A stretch of DNA of 64,000 bases from Oopsacas minuta (Eukaryota > Animalia > Porifera). Location: the NCBI GenBank assembly GCA_024704765.1, contig JAKMXF010000356.1, forward strand, positions 1 through 64,000, written 5' to 3'. The position numbers and the translations under genes are program-made. Under the pieces are notes generated by a model, which was given only the letters and a program-made list of their open reading frames with translations, did not search any database and had not been told where the DNA came from. The stretch's first letter is position 1. Each line of letters opens with the position of its first letter. Shown here piece by piece: positions 33,991-45,609 of this stretch.

Positions 33991-36900
33991 ATGTCTCAAG
34001 ATTTCCCCGCCCGAATCCAGATATCATACAAAGAGCTTACTGCTGCGAAACAGTTTCTTGACAACCAACCGATGGTTAGGAATGTCCCCCATAATGGATT
34101 GAAACATGGAAATGAGAGAATTCGACTACTCAGTGACGAAACTCAACGAATACTAATTCGTGAAATAACCCCGCCTAAAAAGCAACAAACGAGACATTCC
34201 AAAGACACTGCTTCGTATCCTAGCAACCATGGAATGCTACGAATTCCCAAGGAAATCAATTCAATATTGAGGTGTGAAAATTCTAAACAGACAACCAAAG
34301 ATTCTCAGAATTCGAACACGCAGGATTTGTGGGAGAAATTCAATCGATGTTCTTCTCAGTTAACAGAAATAAATAAGCACAAAGAAACTGGAAAATATTC
34401 TGCAAGAGATATTGACAGAGCTAAGATGTTATGGTGAGTTCATGGGGGAAATGGTTGTCATTTGTCAAACCGAATATTTATACAATCATAGTGTCATATA
34501 ACGAAGTAAACACAAGATTGATACTTCATCCAAATTACAAATTGAGCATTAGGCAATCATGGAGACGTGTCATAAGTCAGTCAATGGTCATGGGTCGAAC
34601 CATTCCGATCTGATATGGTCTTGTTTTAGCTGTTCATTATTTACCAATATTCTTATCTTCTTTAGTGATGAAATGTGTCAAATCACTGCTAATATAATAA
34701 ACACAGATATAGAATTCTGTATATCTCATCCTATTGAAAATGAATTGTGGTATACTGGGGTATATTTGGTGATAGAGTTTCTCAGAGATAGGTCAAGACA
34801 CAATCATGGTAAGTTACCAGAAATACACACCTACAGTTACATAGTTAACGACCCATTGTAGCTAATTCACATGAACTTTCCCTGTATTTCTATTTGTATA
34901 TTCATAATTACATGTAATGTGTATTTTTTGCTCTTTTCTGAGAAAAGCTTGGACTACACACTACTTTCCTTTGTTCTAGAATGTTCCAGAGAATTCTTGT
35001 CATTTCTTACATCAACCATGGAATATTATACTGCATTGATTAGTTCTATTCAATCTAATTACAGATTTTCTCTGTCTTCTGTTGATAATATTAACTCTAT
35101 TCAATCTGAATTTGAGCAGAAGAAGGTATTTAGCAAATTCCAATTGACAATTCTGTTACTATGTTATGTGAGATGTATTTATAGATTCTACGGGCAGTTC
35201 AATGCTGTCATTTCTTGTATTTATCCCTTGGTGATATCCTTAGATATCAAGTTGTACTGAGGGGTACAAGTCCAGATAGCGTTTGTGTGGAGTATGATTG
35301 GTCTACTGTAACTGTGTAAGTACACAAATAAACAACAAACAAACAAACAAACAATATTCCTTTAATCTAGCTATTACCAGAAAGCTATGCAACTAGCACC
35401 AAATAGTGGAAGAGTCTATAATCAGCTGGCTATTGTATCAGCCAGTCAGGTTAGAGAATTTTTATGCAATTAACACCTGTATTTCTCTGTACCCACAGTC
35501 TGGGGGTGAATGTCTCAAATCCCCTCCCACAGGGATCTTACTCTTAGCCAGGGGTTTATCCCGTAATTTCAGGGTCTCTCTTTTGTGTCCACCAAACACC
35601 TTATAAATACACCCCTGTAATTCAATTTGTCCTATTTGATGTATGTTCTATTTCACAGTTCAGATATTTGGATACAGTATACTATTACATCAGATGTCTT
35701 AGTACACATAATCCTGTTACGACGGTTAGGGAATCTCTGCTACACACATTTCATCATATTGATAAACAGGTGATTATTTTACAAATATGCAAATTTATTG
35801 ACAAATAGAATTACAGTCTATTTACCTTATTTCAAACCCTACAATCTGATTGGGCTAAATGAAAAGGAGTGGAAAGGTGTGAAAATATACATATTAGAAA
35901 ATTTCAAATGTCAGATGCATATCTAGAGGTTACTACGAGTGTACATACCAAATTTAATATCTTAATCTCTAAAGGTGTGAACAGTAGATAGAAATATACA
36001 TATAACATATATACAGAGTTATTACGCATTGTCTGTAAAGTAAAAATCTCAAATAACAATCCTTACTAAGTCAGCATATAGAAAATAAGCTTTAAACTTA
36101 CCCGTTTTGAAGTATTGGATTCCATTATGATATCCATTCGATGTTCCATCAGGTGTGTCCAGCTCAATTCCGACAATTGGAATCTTCCCTCCTGTAACGA
36201 CACATCTTAATATCCCTGAGACCTCTTTTGATTTGTCCCATCGAGATGTCACAGTAACCCTTTTGGTGAGTTGTTTGTGGACTTTCAATTCGGATAATTT
36301 ATAAGACGCACCCTGAAGAGTGTTTAATCTCTGTTTCTTTGGGAAAGATCTACTAAATAGTCCTTTTGTTGATGCTCTTAGAGATCTCTTTATTCGTTTT
36401 TCCTTTCGATATTCTAAAACAGGTGTTTCTTGGTGTTTATTTGACAGTGTGAATGTTTTCATATTCTTTGGTTTAGTTGTGATAAAAGAGTCATCTAGCG
36501 CTTTGAAATATTTTATTCCTATTTCTGGTTTTGACACCGCTGCGTTGAGTTCAATACAAGATATCGATCTGGAGAGGTTGTAGATTTTTTCATCAGGTTG
36601 TTTTGGAGGTATTTCTGTTTGACCTGGAAAAACTGGGGCTCTTCCTACAATTTCTAGTAAGTTTTTCGCTTCGGACTTTTCGCGATATATTTCTGGAGAA
36701 ATTGAGCATAGAAACTCGCCATAGATTTCTTCAGGGTCGGTTTTATCTATACCAAAGCTATTTTTAGTATCAAACGTGTCAAATTGCATTTCCCGCTCGA
36801 TTTTCTTTATTTGCTTCATAGTTAACTCCCCATATTTGGAAATACTTTCATTAATTGAATAATCAAATGCGCATTCCACGTCAAAAATTGGTTTTGAGAT

Positions 36901-39900
36901 TTCTAATAATTTCAGTTCCTCCCTCGCCTCTTTTATAAGTTTGAACCCCCAACTATTGTCCCGTATTTCCTTTTTTGCATGTGAGATAGTATGATTGACG
37001 TCTTCAATACTTTTCTCCCATTGCTTCATCTTTGATATAATATTGCTGCGAATTTCATCGAGCTCATACAGGATCTCAGATTCCCGTTCATCCAGAGTGA
37101 CATGTAAATATTGGAATTCTTGTTGAATTGTTGTCTTAATTGTGTCGACTTTCGAGAGGTTTGTTTCGTGTATACGACTAGCCATTATTCAATAATGTAT
37201 ATAATTAGCTCTACAATTTCCTTAATATATATATATATATATGACAGTTATGAATTTGTATTATCATATTTTCATTATTCATGAGCCTTTCTCCTATTTG
37301 TGAATTTGATATCTTAGATTTGTCCTTATTACTTTCCAACTGACTAATATTCATATCTTACCGCGTTCGTTACTCCCTGCTTTCTAATTTTAAACACGTC
37401 TTTATCATATTTTTAATAAAGGCATATTTCTTGCTATATTTGAGATTAATATTTTGCTTTGGAAGCATAATACGAAACATCTGAATGATTGATCTGTTAA
37501 CAACCTTACACATTTTAATTTGGCAGGTGTGTGGAATGTGATTAATCATATTCTAATAGTAAAGCACATAATTCGCATATCTCTGAGAAAAGTTACAAAA
37601 TCAGTCCTTATGAAAATGTATATTTTTCGAATTTATAGAAAAATTGGTAACAGCTACAAGCTTTATATTTTGTCAGCTTGTAAAGTATGCTATATCTATG
37701 AACTATTTCTAATATCCAAGCGATACCTCTCAAACTAACTGAGAAAAGGTAACACATTTGTTGACCTATCAAATTTGAGGGTTTCCGAGTTCATAGTTTA
37801 TATTCATATTTTCACACCTAACTGATACTGTAAATTGATTGGATTAGAGATATTTATTGTATGTAAGTAAAATATTTTTTCTAAAATAAGATATATTATT
37901 GAATTGCTTGAATTGTATTATACATTCCTATTCAGCATTTACGTAACTAGGCATTTGCTTAATTATAATTACATTTTCTAATTGAATAATTGAATTAGAA
38001 TTACGTAAATACACTTTTGAGTACGATTGGAATATCGTAACCTGAGAATGTGATTTGTTTGTTTGTTTGTTTGTTTGTTAGTTAGTTAGTTTGCTTGGTT
38101 GTTTGTGTGTTTGTGTGTTTGTGTGTGTGTTTGTTTGTTTGTTAGTTTGTTGTTCGATTTCCAAGGTAGTGTACATATTTATTGCAAACATCAACAAACA
38201 TTTTTACTCTAAAAATTCCAAAAATAATATTATTAATTCATTTATAACAAATATTTTTTAACAAAATATATCATAAATATGATATTTGCATTATTTGTGT
38301 ATTGTCTGATCTGTAAATGATTTTGATTACTTTTGAATTAAGTAAGTATAAATACGAATTTCCTAACAAATAAATTCAAAAATGGATCCGTACAGAAGGC
38401 CAGAACGATTCTTAGACGAATTAAATCGGACTAGAATTATAATTCTCCATCGATTCTCCGAAATGAAGACGGTACTGTTTGAAAGGGAGCGCCGACTTTT
38501 GAAGGAACTTGATATCATACAAAGTAACTTTGAAATTCAACTTAATATTTATCAAAAACGGTCACAAACAAGCAAGGAATATTTCGCCAGTATGGAAGAT
38601 ATCAAAATTGACTCGAGTTTTGAGAATATCTACCCAAAACTTGTAGTTGAAGATCGAAAAAATGTTGAGAACCTCCTCCCGATGAAAAAAATCCAATTCC
38701 GAATACCTCATAATATTTTTAGCACCCTGGAACGACTTGGTTCCATAAAGGTAATGGATGACAACCCAAATACCAGACGTAAGCCTACATATGGTGAAGA
38801 GAGAGAAAGCCACCTGTTCCAACTTACAAGGAGAAAGTCCAAAGACGACTTTGAGGTTACTCAAGTCAATAAACCTTACATTCTTCCTATTAAGCCCACG
38901 AATTCGGCGCCCATTTCCGGCCGTCCGCCCGCCACAAATGAATATCACCCCATGAAGAAAAACCTGATTCAGTCAAAATTGAGTAAAATGACTTTTCCAT
39001 CTAAACATAGCAGTCCAAGTGCTTTATGAATTCCTTCATTCCTGCTAATATTTACTACTTATATTGATGTGTATTAATTGCTCTATTAAAGAATAATTAT
39101 GCTTTATTTTCAAAAAGTATCACCAATTTAGAGTGGCCGTTTTTGGCACCTAATGAGGGCCAGTGACCTTGGGTGTGCGGACTCCCAGGAACTGTTGTAT
39201 TCATATTTATTTGTAGGATGTAGAACCTGTTGTGAAAAACACAAAAGAGAAAATACAACCGAATAAACGCAAACTGAAGGTAATTTGATTAGAATATATT
39301 AAATGATACTCTTGACCCCTATGGGACCTAAAATGACACCTCAATATCTTTGTGATATATTCTTGTAGTGTGAAAATGAAATTTGGATTATTCCCGAAAA
39401 TTCTCTGAAAAAAGTTAAGAATAATTCTGAAGCAAATCAAACGGAAGAAATTCCAATTCAGTTTTCCAGGAAACTTAGCCCCGCCAGTTTCCAAAAGGTA
39501 GTTAACGCATTTCCTTTATTCGAGGAAATACGACATCTCCGCATTTATGAGTGTTTATTTTGATGTTGTTATTGTTATTTGTAGTTATGTAAAGATGCAT
39601 ATTTATCATTCCTCACAATACAAGCAAAATTCTTTACTAATATTGGGTAGGTTGTTTATATATTGAAACAAACAACTCCACTTGATTGACATAAACACCC
39701 TCTGGACAGAGAATGGCCCAATTAAGTCGAGTGAGAATTTCAAGATGAATATTCCACAATTTTTAGGATTGATGAGGTTTCTGATTGGCTGATAATATAT
39801 GAAAATTCTATCACCTCTATTTTGAAAAACAAATTCAACCAATCATTATCTCAGGTTTTATTGAAAATGCAACTAATAGTGCTGTTCTCACTGACCAATC

Positions 39901-42788
39901 AGAATACAGAGTCCAGTGAGTTTAGATAATCTAATTATAATTGTGGGATTATTTGTGGTTATTTTTAGAATCTTCACTTTTCTATAAACTTGATTTTTGT
40001 TTCCTGTTTCATTTCCTAATCTTACAATCTATGCAAAGGAATTTCCAGGTACATCTGTATATTTTTGCTTTTGTAACTGAAAGTTTAATGAAGCTTTGTC
40101 ATTGCTTTGATAACCAAAGGAAGTGGTGTGTACTTCCCCAAGGGTTCCAACCATGAATGACACAAAGTGTCTATCGTGCCGTCAGAAAGTGTCACCTTAG
40201 GAGAGCCCCTGCAAGAACAAGCCCTGCTCTCATACCTTTCAATGCCCTTACAAGTATTGGTATTAATCCACTGTAATCATTTCCTATAGAGTGGCTGTAC
40301 AGCACAAACTAATGTTTTCTACTTACTGCCGTTAGTAAGGATATTAATACAATGGCTGAGGCATTATACTGAAGTATGGAGTGATAATATCCTAGAATTC
40401 TGTCAACATAAGTGAGTTAAAACTCGTTGCTAAGGAACACAGGAGTTCTGTGGAAATTCCTGAGGGCACTTACTGTCTCTAGGACGAAATCATTTGTATA
40501 TTTCTTCAATTATTTTTAGAATCTGGGATGTTATGAAAATGTTGGTAAACAACTTGAAAAGTTTACAATTCAAACCTGACGAAGTGTTGACAACCAACAG
40601 CCAATCATTTTTATGGGAAGATCAACTCCTATCGGGCTGTTTGGTTACTGATAAGTTTATTCAGTCAAGAATGTCTTGGGAAGAACAACAAATAAATATA
40701 CAAGTACATATGTTTGTTGTTTACCATATACCAAATTGTTTATGTATACTTTTAAGGATCAACAGAGTATTGCGTACAGAATTGATTTGATTGTTTCGGA
40801 TTTGAGAATTCTCACAAAATTACCAAATTTTCCTGTTCGTTTTGATGAACAAGATGGTTCTTTCAATTTGACGAATATTCCAAAAATAGAATCTGAAAAT
40901 GCGAAGTCTCAAACAACCTCTTTGGCCTCAGATTTTGTAGTAAGTCTATTCAGTCCTAATGAATTCCAGCCTCAGATGGGTCTTGAGGATATATATTTTA
41001 CGTTTGCAGGTTTCTTATGAGAATACATTTGATGATCATGCTTTAATATCTGATGAAGACGAATAGTCAGTTTATTCTACAGGCAACTCCCGTTATAGCG
41101 AAGCTGGTGGGTCCATGGGTCCGTGATAATTACTTCAATATAAGCGGGTATTTCTATATATCCGTGTGAGATATAGCGGGAGTTTTCATTCTATAGGAGA
41201 ACATGCATTTTCAGAATATTCAGTATACCGCAAAATTTGGAGAAATTCTTTTAGTTTTTATTTACTGATTTGTTATTTAGTTTGTCTGGTGATTCAGATG
41301 ATAATCAAGATGAATTCCATATACTGAAGACAGAGAAGAATCGTTTAGAAGCAGAAGTAAACAAACAAACAATGCAAATAAACAAATACAAACATCAACA
41401 AACAATCATAAGACACGAAATCACTCCTAAATACATTGTCCCTGATACTAATTGTTATTTATCTCACTTCAATTTGATACAACAAATATACCTCAGCTCT
41501 TATTTGCAATTGATCGTCCCCTTAATTGGTAAGTATAACTTGTTAGGAATTTGTTTCAGCTCCACACATGATGTCCACCTAAGCATGCAGGTGAGTGTCG
41601 CAAAGTGTCCAATTCATGGAAATATTTCAATGACTGTTAAAGGAGGTCTGTGTAGATATAATCACTACTATTCACCCGTTAGTTAGTAATATATTGTGTA
41701 GTTGTATAATGACAATATTCATGTGGCAGGTGGTGGAGCTGAAACCACCTATATGCCACTATTTGTGGCATATAGAAATTAGGCTGATATTCTATCGGTT
41801 TTATATTCTTAACACCTTAGTGATACAAGAATTACAACATTTACGGAAACCAATTTCGAAATCTCAAAAACACATTTCTTCCTGTTCGAGAGCTAAGTAA
41901 GTTCATTAGATTTCAGTTAGTCCCCAATGGACCCACTCCCATAGACTGCAATACAAATTTTGAGACCATGTGACCCCCCTACTGTCGCCCGTGGATCACC
42001 AAGGGCAGCTTATTAATATCAACAAAAACTTTATAACGATTCAATTAAATTGCAGAGAGGCTTACGGATGGTTAATGGATGAATTCTCAAATTCTGAAAG
42101 GAAATTATTTGCTCTCACAAATCGAGGAAATTTAGTTGAGAATTGGTATAAACAGGATTTTTCAACAGTCCGAAATGTAAGTAATATTTGAATTTAACAC
42201 CCACGGGGAGACAACCACACCTCTAGGTGTTGGTAAGATCTCCAGAGAGTTTGTCTTCTAAACTTTTTTAATATTTTTAGCAAAGAAATGACGATCTGAT
42301 TTTGCAATCTTGTGTTAAGCTAAATGAGAGTTGGTACAAAGCCTCGGGTAAGCGAATTTATGCACAGTAGACTCGGCTTAATATGGTCACAGTAGCGCGG
42401 GTCCTGGCCAGAAACAGAACCATACAAATGGTGTTAAATTATTCCGGTTAATCTGGTCAAAATGGTCTTGTCCCGATGTGATCCTATTAAGTGGAGTCTA
42501 CTACAGTAGATGCCGGATATAAGAACCATCTTCAGAAAACGGCTCTCATATATTTCCTGTATGTTTTATACCGGTTATAAGAACATTATGTCCAGTTCCC
42601 CACGATGTTCTTATAACCGGCATTAACCCTATATGTGTAAATTGAATTTTTCTGTAGATACAGGTTATATGAAATCTTGCGTAGTGTTACTAACGTCAGA
42701 TAGGAATTTGAGGCTTAAAGCTGTTACACAAAATCTCCCAGCAAAATCTCTGAAAAATTTCTTAAGTTTGATGAACCTGTCTTTATAA
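33991..42788 (+). CDS. SMG6: SMG6/EST1A nonsense-mediated decay PIN endonuclease
   Basis: Multi-exon. EST1/TPR motifs LSLGDILRYQ (35185-35326), YYQKAMQLAPNSGRVYNQLAIV (35371-35447), YYYIRCL, SFLTIQAKFFTNIG (from 39585), FLWEDQLLSG. PIN with three catalytic Asp motifs IVPDTN, RNDDLILQSC, VVLLTSDRNLRLKA; stop 42786-42788. Confidence 0.92.
36049..37185 (-). CDS. Intronless coiled-coil + C-terminal CAP-Gly protein, nested antisense in a SMG6 intron
   Basis: 378-aa ORF; N-terminal coiled coil (IQQEFQYLHVTLDERESEILYEL); C-terminus VGIELDTPDGTSNGYHNGIQYFKT matches the CAP-Gly consensus GVELD.P.GKNDGSV.G.RYF.C. Confidence 0.8.
   Translation of the reverse strand: MASRIHETNLSKVDTIKTTIQQEFQYLHVTLDERESEILYELDEIRSNIISKMKQWEKSIEDVNHTISHAKKEIRDNSWGFKLIKEAREELKLLEISKPIFDVECAFDYSINESISKYGELTMKQIKKIEREMQFDTFDTKNSFGIDKTDPEEIYGEFLCSISPEIYREKSEAKNLLEIVGRAPVFPGQTEIPPKQPDEKIYNLSRSISCIELNAAVSKPEIGIKYFKALDDSFITTKPKNMKTFTLSNKHQETPVLEYRKEKRIKRSLRASTKGLFSRSFPKKQRLNTLQGASYKLSELKVHKQLTKRVTVTSRWDKSKEVSGILRCVVTGGKIPIVGIELDTPDGTSNGYHNGIQYFKTGKFKAYFLYADLVRIVI
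38055..38150. repeat. Compound (GTTT)n/(GTTA)n/(GT)n microsatellite
   Basis: Direct reading. Confidence 0.9.
38382..39029 (+). CDS. Intronless coiled-coil protein with Pro/Tyr-containing disordered tail, nested on the same strand in a SMG6 intron
   Basis: 215-aa ORF; TATAAATA at 38347-38354; coiled coil ILHRFSEMKTVLFERERRLLKEL; no recognisable C-terminal domain. Confidence 0.7.
   Translation: MDPYRRPERFLDELNRTRIIILHRFSEMKTVLFERERRLLKELDIIQSNFEIQLNIYQKRSQTSKEYFASMEDIKIDSSFENIYPKLVVEDRKNVENLLPMKKIQFRIPHNIFSTLERLGSIKVMDDNPNTRRKPTYGEERESHLFQLTRRKSKDDFEVTQVNKPYILPIKPTNSAPISGRPPATNEYHPMKKNLIQSKLSKMTFPSKHSSPSAL
41551..41745. mobile_element. MITE, TIR family ...GTTTCAGCTCCAC (SMG6 intron)
   Basis: Near-identical to 14945-15147 over about 150 bp; outer TIR bases eroded. 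Confidence 0.85.
42362..42630. mobile_element. Two abutting Tc1/mariner-like MITEs (SMG6 last intron)
   Basis: cagtagactc...gagtctact element (relatives near 48075-48195 and 52340-52440) followed by tacagtagatgccggatataag element (relative 28903-29030). Confidence 0.6.
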
Positions 42789-43096
42789 TATTGGCTTGTT
42801 ATGTATTTTGGAAGTATTGTATGATTTGATTATAACAAATAAATATTGTGGCACACACTCTTGAAAAGCTTGCATGCACATCTGGCGGTGATTATCCTTG
42901 TATCCTGAAAGTTTCAACTTCTAATCTGTTATAGTTTTGGCTGTGGACAAAATACGGAGAAGAATATGGTAATATTCACTACATAACTATAATACTGTCT
43001 ACATAATACAGTATCAATTAGCACTGTTACACTACAGCTAAGACCTAGAATACTAAATATTTGTTAGATGATAGAGCGAGCAGTTTATAGTTAAAA

Positions 43097-45048
43097 TTAT
43101 GCCTTCTTTGTCCAGAATGTTATAGATTCATCCTCATGCTTGAAGTTGAATTCTATGTAATATTTTGTAAAGAAAGGAACACCAAATTGCCAGTTAAAAC
43201 TCATCTCTTCATCGTCAACAAATGAACTCCTACACTTATCCTCTTCTTTTTCGATATAAAACTTTGGTTCCAATGTCATCTTTGAATCACCAAACATTAT
43301 TACTACGGTTGGAAAAGTATCTATCTCATCACAGTCTACGTAACCTTCCTCATCAGCCTCTATAAACAAACAATAAGTAAAATATAAACAAACTGCAGCC
43401 AAAACATCGAATTCAGTCTATGCTGACATAGTTTTTACTATCTTAATCACAGTTATTTACTCTTAATGTTGTTTATTATGAAATATAGCCTCACAGTTAC
43501 TACAGACTGAGAATCTGTTCACTTTTCAGAACTCGTCCCGAAATCGAAACTGAAACTAATATCTAGAAATGTACGTTCCTTCTGAACCTGATCGGAATAG
43601 AATCCGAAACGAACCGAATCCTAAGTAATAAACAAACAAACATCAACTGAACTGTTTACAATGCAACTTACTTATTTTTGTGTGTATACTATCCACAAAC
43701 GCCTTCGTACCGTAGATTAATGCACAACCAGAATCTACGAGCACTACACACTTATCCATTCCTTCACCACAGTATACCTCGTCTCCCAATTTGAGACTTG
43801 TCATTTTGACTTTAGTTTCGACATTTGATATCATCTTAGTTTTTATTCCACTGTCGGCTTCCAAAAGGTCAGCATTATGACCTCCGAAGGTTATTTCGCC
43901 TCCGTCTACTGCTGTCTTTCCACCTTTCAGATATAATGAATAGCTTGGTGCATCTATTAGTTCTTTTTCAACCATGTTGTAGAATACAGAAGGATGATTA
44001 TCAGTGGTTTCCATGTTTAAACCTGAGAGATAAATTGTAATAGAAATAAAGTACAGAGTTCTTACAGGTATTTATGCTAATAGCTAATAACAATTTCAAA
44101 GAAAAGGTGATAAATGTGTCGCTCTATCAGATTTGTGGGTTTACACCACATGTGTAATTGATTATCTATTGGCTTAATTGTTTGTATTTATTCTTAACAC
44201 CTATCTGAGACTGTAAATTGATTGGCATTGGAATATTTACAATACCAAACATTCGTATGAAGTAAATATATTTCATACGAAAGCTGGCGAACTACTTTTT
44301 GCTTTGCTTCCACCAGCTCGGCATACATACGAAATAACTGAATCAATGATTAATTAAGAATTCATAACTCACCCATCATCCCATCGAATCCTTCATACTT
44401 CCCTCTAACATATCCTGCTGCCCCGAACAGCTGATCTTCTATAGAAAGTTTGTCTGATAGATGCACTACATCTGTCATCTCAAAACCTAGTGCATTTCCA
44501 TCACCATAAGTGATTTCAAAGTCTTCGTAATCTTTTTCCTCGTCAAATTTGTATTTATTATGTCCAATACAAAACCGATCGCGATCAAGGCAATTCTCTC
44601 CAAATACCCACAACAGGTCTGATCCTGTGTCTATCATCACCTATTTACATGTCTAATCAAATGTAATATATAGACTCTCTACCATATGATATCTAATCAA
44701 AATGTAATATATAGACTCTCTTCCCTATGATATCTAATCAAAATATCATATATAGACTCTCTACCATATGACACTCACTTTAAATGGCTGTTTTGCTTCG
44801 CCGATTTGTATATTCATTACATAAGCCATTCCGTTATCTGCATTTTCAATCGAAATACTGTGAACCTCAGATAGTGTCACTTCGCATTTGCTTTGATTAG
44901 ACATCAATTGACAGTTTTTATCTCTGGGATGGATCACATCGAAATTCACAGAGAATGTTTTGGTATTCTCTTCCACTCCTGCTTTAGAGACCACGTGTCC
45001 CAGAGATGACGTCACAATGAAACAGAGCAAACACACACGAGAATACAT
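43097..45048 (-). CDS. Secreted pepsin-family (A1) aspartic protease AP1
   Basis: Exons 44779-45048, 44373-44640, 43672-44022, 43097-43359 (phases 0,1,1; 383 aa); DTGS / DSGC, flap YGDG, DGMMG. Confidence 0.93.
44653..44770. repeat. About 40-bp minisatellite x3 in AP1 intron 1
   Basis: tctaatcaaa(a)tgtaatatatagactctct.cc.tatgata repeated three times. Confidence 0.85.
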
Positions 45049-45609
45049 CTTGCTTGATATGATGAATATTTTCTTTGATTTTGTCACGTTTTATACATTT
45101 TCTTACCTCTGTCAGAACAATGAGTGTGAAGGTGTCATAATCGGGTGATGGTTACATTCATTGATTGTTAAGTCAGTTGGAAAATTGTTAAAGTGACAGC
45201 CAGTTTTAGAAATGATTTTTTGCTTGAATTCACATTAACAATAAATTCAAAATATTTGGTGAAATGATAAACTATCTACCATTTCTCAAAACCTTGAAGA
45301 TATATCCCCCATCATACAGTTCGGCACAAATGGTCAACCTAGTCAGGCCACTTAACACCCTCCTCGCCCTTGTATGAGTTGTATCATATCTATGATTTCA
45401 CCCTTGAGAGAGGATAATCAGTGATATCATTTAATTACAATACTATCAGTAAATACACTACATAACTATAATACTATCAGTAAATACACTACATAACTAT
45501 AATACTGCCTACATAATACATATCAATTAGCACTGTTACACTACAGCTAGAACCTACAATACTGAATTGTTATTTGTTAGATGATAGAGCGAGCAGTTTG
45601 TAGCTGGAA

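Noticed and set aside
35126-35260. Apparent frameshift in SMG6 before GDILRY
   Set aside because: Resolved by an intron 35126-35184; the spliced frame ILRAVQCCHFLYLSLGDILRYQ is intact.
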